DNA of 64,000 nucleotides from Candidatus Micrarchaeota archaeon (GTDB lineage Archaea; Micrarchaeota; Micrarchaeia; Norongarragalinales; SBBD01): NCBI GenBank assembly GCA_016212475.1, contig JACRGC010000005.1, positions 157 to 64,156 of the forward strand, read 5' to 3'. Shown piece by piece: positions 56,983 to 64,000 of this stretch (position 1 is its first letter; each line of letters starts with the position of its first letter). The notes under the pieces were generated by a model. It saw only the letters and a program-made list of their open reading frames with translations, ran no database searches and was not told where the DNA came from. The position numbers and the translations under genes were made by a program.

Positions 56983-57609
56983 CTAGCCGTTCAAGAAAGT
57001 TTGTAGCTGATCCTTTGTTAGCCGCTTGACCTTATCTTGCGTAATCAATATCAAATCAATCCCTTCGCCAGTTGCGCTATCGCGCCTCATTGCAGCTGCA
57101 ACTGCCTTGGCTGCAATCCTTATTGCATCGTTTTCGCCAAGGTTATCCTTGTAAAATTCATCCAAAATTCCATAGGCAACAACCGATCCAGAGCCTGTTG
57201 ATACGTATTTTTCCTCAATAAGTCCGCCGAACGGATCCAAATCATAAATCCTTGGCTTGTCATCAACTCCTGCAACTATTAGCTGGACAAGATATGGGAA
57301 ATACTTGTTGCCCTGCAGGATGTTTGCAAGAAGCGTAGCTGCGCCTTGGACTGGCATATTCTGTCCGTTTGTGTATTTGTAAAGCTCGATTTCGGCCTTT
57401 ATGAACCTTAAAAGAGATTGAGCGTCCCCAACCCCGCCGGCAATGCTCATTGCCATCTTGTCATCGATCATGTGCACCTTTTCAACTTCTTTTGCCGCAA
57501 TGAATGTGCCATATGTTGCGCGCTTGTCTGCTGCGATCACAATTCCGCCATTGAATGAGAGGCTAACAGTAGTTGTGCCTTTCAGGACTTTCATTGATTC
57601 ATCAGACAT
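56983..57609 (-). CDS. psmB: Proteasome beta subunit
   Basis: Short propeptide followed by the active-site GTTTVSL. Ntn-hydrolase fold motifs. Confidence 0.85.
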   Translation of the reverse strand: MSDESMKVLKGTTTVSLSFNGGIVIAADKRATYGTFIAAKEVEKVHMIDDKMAMSIAGGVGDAQSLLRFIKAEIELYKYTNGQNMPVQGAATLLANILQGNKYFPYLVQLIVAGVDDKPRIYDLDPFGGLIEEKYVSTGSGSVVAYGILDEFYKDNLGENDAIRIAAKAVAAAMRRDSATGEGIDLILITQDKVKRLTKDQLQTFLNG

Positions 57610-57936
57610 ATTGCTTATCGCCCCTGTTTCAAAAATAACGATTGGGAAAATTCTTTTGCATCAATGGACTGAACTAATAATAGTAACAGAAATCGATCCA
57701 TTGCACTCGAAGGTAATACTTGTTTGCCAAGCAAAATATATAAATGTTCCTAAGAACGTTTTGCACAAATTGGGGGAAAATTGGGAAAATCCAAAAATTA
57801 TTGCAAAAAAAATGGATTGGCAAAAAAGCCGTGAAAAAATCGCCTGGAAAATCGTTTCCTGTGAAAAGAATTAAAACAAATACAAGGAAAATGAAAAAAA
57901 GGAAGGAAAGGAAGCGGTTATGCTTCCATGCCCAAA

Positions 57937-58635
57937 TCACTTGTTGATTTTGGTCCGGACATCGCTTAAGACTTTTTTAGCCTCATCTTGGCCGCCAAGC
58001 CCAAAAGCAATTCCAATTGCTAGCGCAAACCCATACGCAAGCGCCTGAAGCAAAGTAATGAATGCTTCCTTTAGGATTGCCGTATTGAACCCAACTGTTG
58101 AAAGGGCCATGACAAGCCCAAGGAACACAACGACAAATTTAGTTCCCCTAGCAAGAAGCGAAACCCATCTGGATTTGAATTCGACTTCCTTGATCTTTTC
58201 CTTCATGAGCTCCCCAAACATCGCAGAAACCACCAAAAGGACCGAGGCGCCAATGAATGCCGGAGCATACAAGAGCACAAGGTTTATGAAAATCGTGAGT
58301 GTTCCAAGCTCAAGCTTTGAAATAGCCGCCTGCATGAACACGAGCAAAATGTAGTATTTTACAACCTTCACAAAGAAGTTTGAAATTTTTACATTCCCAA
58401 GGGCCGAACCCATTTTATGCTGGATCAGGAACTTTTCAAAATTCGAAGCTTCCAAAACATGCTTTACAACCTTTGAAAGTATGGTGGCAACAATATAGCC
58501 AATCACAAATATCACAATGGCTGCAACAAAATTGGGAAGAAGTTTTGCCATCGAATCTATAAACGTAGTAACAACCGTCGAAACGCCCTGCGCGAACGCA
58601 TCGGGGGAATTGAATGAACTTGCTATGTCTGCCAT
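57937..58635 (-). CDS. Small-conductance mechanosensitive-channel-like / conserved membrane protein
   Basis: 232 aa with 4-5 TM helices. Weak resemblance to MscS-family N-terminal TM regions. Confidence 0.3.
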   Translation of the reverse strand: MADIASSFNSPDAFAQGVSTVVTTFIDSMAKLLPNFVAAIVIFVIGYIVATILSKVVKHVLEASNFEKFLIQHKMGSALGNVKISNFFVKVVKYYILLVFMQAAISKLELGTLTIFINLVLLYAPAFIGASVLLVVSAMFGELMKEKIKEVEFKSRWVSLLARGTKFVVVFLGLVMALSTVGFNTAILKEAFITLLQALAYGFALAIGIAFGLGGQDEAKKVLSDVRTKINK

Positions 58636-58748
58636 CTAATAAAACACCTCGGAAATACAAAAGAAGTGGCGGTATTTAAGCGTAACCATTGAATTGAAGA
58701 GTAAGAAAGTTGCACCGTTTAATTAGTTTTCAAAGATTTGAAAAACCA

Positions 58749-59294
58749 TCAACCCCTTTGATTTAACCCAAACTTCTTTTCGACTTTTTGGATTTTTGGA
58801 AGTATCACGAATTTGCAATACGGCTGGGAGGGGTTGCTTTCAAAGTAGTTTTTGTGGTAATTTTCCGCCGGATGGAATTTTTCTAGCCGGGATATTTCCG
58901 TGACAATTTTTTCCTTGAAATTGGCCTGCGCTTTTTTTATTGCATTTTCAGCGATTTTTTTCTGGGAATCATCCGCATATAATATAGTGGAGCGGTATTG
59001 GGTGCCAACATCATTCCCCTGCTTATTCAAAGTGGTTGGGTCATGTGCTGCAAAGAAAACTTCAAGCAAATAGGGCAAACCGACCTTTTTTTCATCATAT
59101 TGCACTTCAATTACCTCCGCATGCCCACTTAGCCCTTCTGAAACGGAATCATAACTAGGATTTTTAGAAGTTCCGCCGGCATAGCCAGGGGTTACTTTTA
59201 TGACTCCGGGAATCCTTTGGAAAATCGCTTCCGTGCACCAAAAGCAGCCGCCACCAAGAACAATTGATCGAATCTGTTTTTCCATTGGAATCAC
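58749..59294 (-). CDS. msrA: Peptide methionine sulfoxide reductase MsrA
   Basis: GGGCFWCTEA active-site motif. Confidence 0.9.
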   Translation of the reverse strand: MIPMEKQIRSIVLGGGCFWCTEAIFQRIPGVIKVTPGYAGGTSKNPSYDSVSEGLSGHAEVIEVQYDEKKVGLPYLLEVFFAAHDPTTLNKQGNDVGTQYRSTILYADDSQKKIAENAIKKAQANFKEKIVTEISRLEKFHPAENYHKNYFESNPSQPYCKFVILPKIQKVEKKFGLNQRG

Positions 59295-59357
59295 TTTTTT
59301 AGCAATAAAGTTATTTTATTTGAATCGCCGTCTAAATTAATCAATTCCGCAATTCCC

Positions 59358-59729
59358 CTATTTTCCTTTCTTATCTGCAACAAATTTCATTGAAATTGAA
59401 TTGACGCAGTGCCGAACATTTTTATCCGTCATGCGCTCGCCATCAAATACGTGCCCAAGGTGCGCGCCGCATTTTGCGCATTGGATTTCCACGCGACTGC
59501 CATCGGCGTCCGGAAGGCGCTTGACTGCGCCCTTGATTTCTTGGTCAAACGCAGGCCAGCCGCAGTGAGCGTCGAATTTGTCATCCGATCTGTAAAGGGG
59601 CGAATCGCACCTTCTGCAGATGTATGTTCCGGTTTCAAAATAATCATCGAATTCGCCGGAAAACGGAGCCTCTGTACCCTTATTTACAATTACCCGTTCC
59701 TCTTCTTTTGTCAAATTGTTTAATTTCAT
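59358..59729 (-). CDS. msrB: Peptide methionine sulfoxide reductase MsrB
   Basis: Two CxxC zinc pairs and the RHCVNS catalytic motif. Start set at MKLNNLT (59729), the ORF's second in-frame Met (ORF extends to 59780). Confidence 0.85.
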   Translation of the reverse strand: MKLNNLTKEEERVIVNKGTEAPFSGEFDDYFETGTYICRRCDSPLYRSDDKFDAHCGWPAFDQEIKGAVKRLPDADGSRVEIQCAKCGAHLGHVFDGERMTDKNVRHCVNSISMKFVADKKGK

Positions 59730-59864
59730 AATGGAAGAAGAAATGGGTGCAAGATTTATTAGGATTGTTGGATTGGCCAACCAAGCAACTCCTAGTCTTT
59801 TTTTTCGATTATCATAATCCTTATAAACAATGAAACCGTTCTGATGCTTCTAAAGTAGATCTGT

Positions 59865-62800
59865 ATGAGGCTAACTTTCATCCTGTTTTTGGCAATTATT
59901 GCATTGATATTAATGCGACCGGCCCAGGCTATAGATGTTTCAGCCTGCCAAACACTTGGAACATCAGGCGCAACATACAATTTAATTGCGGATCTTTCGA
60001 TTCCGAGCGGAACTTGTTTTACAATTAGTGCTCAAAATGTTGATTTTAACCTCAATGGACATAAGCTTACTTTTTCAGGCCCGGCAATTACTGCTGTTCG
60101 GATGGACTCATCTGCAAGCGGCTCTAAGGTACATAATGGAATAATAACGGAAACCGGATCTCTCTCTGTGGGGGGGGATGGAACGGGCGCGCTAAAAATG
60201 AGTTGCACTAATTGCAGGGCATATGATATGGAAATACACACTGCCAGTTATCATTTTCCAGCTATTGAAATAAGAGGACCTAACAGCATTGTTGAAATTT
60301 ACAATTTAAAAATTTATATCAATGCCACTAATCTAGTAAACGACGATATTAATGTCGGAGGAATAAACGCATACGAAATGTCCTCTGTGACAAGCATGTC
60401 AATTCACGATAATTTTATTCGAGGACGAGCCTGGCTGATTAATACGCGGGGTACGGGTTTTGCCAACATATACAATAATGTTTTAGTTCCAATCAAATAT
60501 GGGCGAAACCCCTATGCAGTTAGGTATGGGGCGCTTGCCGGAACAATTTTCAACAATACCATGGTATCGACTAATTGCAGGGGAACATTGGTCGAGAACG
60601 GTAAAAATCTCGTTATTGCCAATAATTATTTTGATTGCGGCGAAACTGTTTATTCGGGAATTGATGGATCCGGCCCGCATACTCTTCGCATACGAGGCAC
60701 AGATGCAAACACAAATAATTTTTCCATTTACGGCAATACATTCATTGCCAGGGCACTTGCCGGCTCCGGAGCTATAACCGCTGAAGGCGCGCTAATTGGG
60801 AATTGGCAAAACATGCGAATATATGACAATATATTCATGGCTTATAGCGACTATGCCGGGGTTGAAGGAGGCGCGCTTGCGATCGAAGGAACCCTTGATT
60901 CCTCAACTTACATCTACAATAACATTTTGAGGAGTAATTTCGAAGGCTTAAGGCTGGGGCACAGCAATGTCGGCACCAGCAATGGAATATTCGATTCCCT
61001 AACTTTCATTAAGGAAACCGCTCCGACGCCTTTGACTTACCACTCTATTTCAAATTTTCCAACAAGATTTTCAAACAATGAAACTTTCAGGAATTTTACT
61101 TATCAAAATGGAGCGCAAAAATCCGACCTTTTATTGGGAAGAACGGGAGGGGCGTATTCGTACACTTTTGAATGGTATTTGACAATCAGGATTGTCGATG
61201 GCTCCGGCAACCCACTTGGCGGAGCTGCAGTCTCAATAACCAACTCATTTGGAAATGTTTTCTCGGGAACAACTGGCGCCGATGGAAAAATCAATAATTT
61301 ACCCCTCAAGGAATTGACAGCATCAAGCTCGGCTGCGACAATCCAATATTCGCCATACACGGTTGCGGTTACATACGGCGGAAGCACGCAAACAAGAAGC
61401 GTAACGCTTGATTCGACAAAAACCGAAACATTCACATTCGGAGGAGGCGCTCCCGATACAATCCCTCCGGGAGCAATTGTATTGGCAAATCCAACTTCGC
61501 CAACTTCTTCTTCTTTAACGGTTTCATGGACGGCAACGGGAGATGATGGAAATACGGGAATTGCCCAATCTTATGATTTGAGGTATTCGACCTCTCCAAT
61601 CAATTCAGGTAATTTCGATTCGGCTTTTCAAGCTTCTGGCGAACCAGCGCCGGCAGCTTCAGGAACCGTGCAAAGCATGCCAGTTACGGGACTGTTATCT
61701 TCAACTACATATTATTTTGCAATAAAGGCAATCGATGATGCATCGAATACCGGGGCAATTTCAAATGTTGTTTCCGGAACCACTTCTGCGCCAGCGGACA
61801 CAACCCCGCCGGTTAGATCTTCAGGAGCGCCAAGCGGAACTTTGGCAACGGATACGACTTCCACAACAATGACACTGACAACAAATGAGCCTGCAACATG
61901 CAGGTATTCCTTGACACCGGGAACTTCGTATGCATCAATGACTTCTGCAAATAATTTTGCAACAACCGGAGGAACCACTCATTCACAGCCCATCACATCG
62001 CTGGTAAACGGAGGGAGTTACAACAGATACATAAGATGCTCCGATGCAGCAGGTAATGCCAACACAAATGATTTTACAATCTCATTCACTGTTGCTGCGG
62101 ATACTACTGCGCCATCGGCAATTTCAAACCTGGCAGCGCCATCAAGCACAACCGGATCCGTAAGTTTGACATGGACAGCTGTTGGGGATAACGGCAATAC
62201 AGGAACGGTTTCGGCTTACGATGTCAGGGTTTCGACAACAACAATCGATGCAAGCAATTTTGCAACCGCATTCCAATACGTAGCCACTTCGCCAACAATT
62301 GGGGCTGCAGGCGCGGCCCAGAGCCTGACAGTTGGAGGCTTAAACCCATCAACAACATATTTCTTTGCAATCAAGGCAAGGGATGAGGCAAATAATTGGG
62401 GGGCAATTTCAAATGTTGCAAGCAGGGCAACTTCAGCTGCCCCGGATACTTCGGCGCCCTCTATTGGGAATGGCCAGCCAGCTGGAACTTTGGGATACAC
62501 AGCAACCCAAACGCTGATGAATGTTACAACAAACGAGAATGCCAACTGCAAATATTCACTTGTTGCAAATCAGACATATGCTTCAATGACAAATCTATTT
62601 GCGTCAACGGGTGCAACATTGCATTCGGTTTTAATCACAGGATTAAGTGCCGGGCAATCGTACAGCTATTTTGTAAGATGCATTGATTTTGCATCGACTC
62701 CAAATGCAAATAACGCTGATTTTATCATCAATTTCCAGGTTGCACAAACTCCTGCCCCAGATTCGACTCCGCCGTTAAGGTCAAATGGCCAGCCAACAGG

Positions 62801-63746
62801 TATATTGCCATCCGGAACGAGTTCCACAACAATCAGTTTGGCAACGGATGAAAACGCAACCTGCAAATTCGGAACGGTTTCCGGAACCGCATACAATTTG
62901 ATCCTAAATAACTTCACAGCAACCGGAGGAATGGCGCATTCTGCAACAGTTGGGAATCTTTCAACAAATGCAACTTACAACTATTTTGTAAGATGCCAGG
63001 ATATGATGAATAACCAAAACCCGGACGATTTTTCAATCTCATTTGGAATAGGATCAACCTGCGTGGAATCCTGGGCTTGCTCTGCTTGGAGCGCTTGCTC
63101 AAGCTCTGGATCACAGACAAGGAGCTGCGCGGATGCAAACTCTTGCGGAACAACTGCAAGCAAGCCAGCTGAATCGCAAGGGTGCACACCGCCGCCTACA
63201 AACACCGGAGGGTCGGCGGGCTCGCCATACAACCCGCCTCAAGGAACACCAACAGTTACAGTTACGCCAAGGCCATCTGCTTTGGTTAGCGCAGTAGTTT
63301 CAATTTCGCCAACCCCAATTCCAAACGTTAAAGTGATTGATTTGATAGATGAAGTGGAAAACAACCTGAATACGAATGATGTTCCAAAGGAGGACGCCGC
63401 TGCTGTGCAAAGGATGGTCGATGAGGCAAAAGTGCTTGAAAAGGATGGGAAAACAAACGAGGCAAAAATACTTTTGGAAAAGGCAAGGAATAGGCTTAAG
63501 GTTTTGACGGATTCGGCAAGGAATGCCAAAGCTGGGATTTCATGGATATTTGCGGCAATATTGGCAGTAATTGTCCTCTCGGCGGCATTGATTTATTATC
63601 ATGGGACGCACAAGAAAATAGTGAAGATGCAAGCGCTTCCGTTGGATAAGATGGTTTCCGAAGTAAAGGCGCAATCAAGCCCGGATGCTAGCGCAACTGC
63701 CACAATTGAAAATAAGCAAATCGATGAAAAGCAGTTCATCAGATAA
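59865..63746 (+). CDS. Large (1293 aa) secreted/anchored surface protein, S-layer or adhesin candidate. Signal peptide, parallel beta-helix domain, five tandem ~100-aa FN3/Ig-like repeats (A-B-A-B-B), Cys-rich knob, Pro-rich linker, coiled coil, C-terminal TM anchor.
   Basis: Beta-helix repeats IHDNFIRG/IYNNVLV/IFNNTMV/IANNYFD/IYGNTFI/IYDNIFM/IYNNILR. Repeated ..TYYFAIKAIDDASN.. units. C-terminal ISWIFAAILAVIVLSAALIYY. Confidence 0.7.
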   Translation: MRLTFILFLAIIALILMRPAQAIDVSACQTLGTSGATYNLIADLSIPSGTCFTISAQNVDFNLNGHKLTFSGPAITAVRMDSSASGSKVHNGIITETGSLSVGGDGTGALKMSCTNCRAYDMEIHTASYHFPAIEIRGPNSIVEIYNLKIYINATNLVNDDINVGGINAYEMSSVTSMSIHDNFIRGRAWLINTRGTGFANIYNNVLVPIKYGRNPYAVRYGALAGTIFNNTMVSTNCRGTLVENGKNLVIANNYFDCGETVYSGIDGSGPHTLRIRGTDANTNNFSIYGNTFIARALAGSGAITAEGALIGNWQNMRIYDNIFMAYSDYAGVEGGALAIEGTLDSSTYIYNNILRSNFEGLRLGHSNVGTSNGIFDSLTFIKETAPTPLTYHSISNFPTRFSNNETFRNFTYQNGAQKSDLLLGRTGGAYSYTFEWYLTIRIVDGSGNPLGGAAVSITNSFGNVFSGTTGADGKINNLPLKELTASSSAATIQYSPYTVAVTYGGSTQTRSVTLDSTKTETFTFGGGAPDTIPPGAIVLANPTSPTSSSLTVSWTATGDDGNTGIAQSYDLRYSTSPINSGNFDSAFQASGEPAPAASGTVQSMPVTGLLSSTTYYFAIKAIDDASNTGAISNVVSGTTSAPADTTPPVRSSGAPSGTLATDTTSTTMTLTTNEPATCRYSLTPGTSYASMTSANNFATTGGTTHSQPITSLVNGGSYNRYIRCSDAAGNANTNDFTISFTVAADTTAPSAISNLAAPSSTTGSVSLTWTAVGDNGNTGTVSAYDVRVSTTTIDASNFATAFQYVATSPTIGAAGAAQSLTVGGLNPSTTYFFAIKARDEANNWGAISNVASRATSAAPDTSAPSIGNGQPAGTLGYTATQTLMNVTTNENANCKYSLVANQTYASMTNLFASTGATLHSVLITGLSAGQSYSYFVRCIDFASTPNANNADFIINFQVAQTPAPDSTPPLRSNGQPTGILPSGTSSTTISLATDENATCKFGTVSGTAYNLILNNFTATGGMAHSATVGNLSTNATYNYFVRCQDMMNNQNPDDFSISFGIGSTCVESWACSAWSACSSSGSQTRSCADANSCGTTASKPAESQGCTPPPTNTGGSAGSPYNPPQGTPTVTVTPRPSALVSAVVSISPTPIPNVKVIDLIDEVENNLNTNDVPKEDAAAVQRMVDEAKVLEKDGKTNEAKILLEKARNRLKVLTDSARNAKAGISWIFAAILAVIVLSAALIYYHGTHKKIVKMQALPLDKMVSEVKAQSSPDASATATIENKQIDEKQFIR

Positions 63747-64000
63747 GTGAAATTGAATTACGGATGGGCAAGACCTTGGCCAGCACGGTTTTTCCAAATG
63801 CTTTATTTATTCTTCTAAGCCTAATTCATGGGATGATGATCCAATCCTAACTGAGCTTTATAGCTGTGACGAATGACGGACGGACTGAACCGGCCTTTTT
63901 CTTTCTTCTTTGAAAGAAAAAGCCCCGCGGAAAAAGAAAGAAGCTTTGACCCCATAGAAAAAAGTTTTCTGCACCCCCTTCCAATAAACGCCTGATCCTG

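Noticed and set aside
63890-63945. Short imperfect palindrome TTCTTTGAAAGAA flanked by GC clamps near the window end
   Set aside because: It is only ~13 nt of true symmetry at the edge of the window and cannot be evaluated as a terminator or repeat.
1-64000. CRISPR arrays, IS elements, integrases, toxin-antitoxin pairs
   Set aside because: No regularly spaced direct repeats, no transposase or integrase-like ORFs, and no obvious TA gene pairs were found on reading both strands.

Overview
This is an AT-rich, gene-dense window from an archaeal chromosome. The archaeal calls rest on an A-type ATP synthase stator/membrane block (atpH-I-K-E-C-F), split RNA polymerase B (B''/B'), RpoH, TFE, aCPSF1, proteasome beta, r-proteins L35Ae and S8e, RNase P Pop5, RFC small subunit, and an archaeal-type initiator tRNA. 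Several features resemble minimal DPANN-like symbiont genomes: two paralogous giant membrane-anchored surface proteins (1993 and 2103 aa) flanking an intron-bearing tRNA-Gln, a possibly fused rpoA, compact genes and leaderless-style promoters. Other housekeeping genes are FtsY, SAH hydrolase, PurM/PurC/PurA, AspAT, MsrA/MsrB, a DHH-DHHA1 phosphoesterase, prepilin peptidase, an ABC-2 transporter and a CaCA exchanger. The non-obvious signals are: (1) a ~50-nt structured element present in three intergenic copies (24774, 45363, 46977) with compensatory hairpin substitutions and a GC-rich insertion in one copy; (2) two 108-nt tRNA genes (Gln-CUG, initiator Met) each with a ~35-nt intron at a non-canonical position; (3) a 2103-aa surface protein with a ~350-aa array of 6-Cys knottin/hevein-like modules and a paralogue with a Y/P/Q/N-rich prion-like segment; (4) an rpoA reading frame that runs through the usual A'/A'' split point; (5) a LonB-like AAA+ ATPase with a zinc ribbon and no protease domain; (6) secreted lysozyme-like (SLT), FGE-sulfatase-domain and PEF-CTERM proteins, and a 1293-aa beta-helix/FN3-repeat S-layer-like protein. 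No CRISPR array, IS element or integrase was seen.
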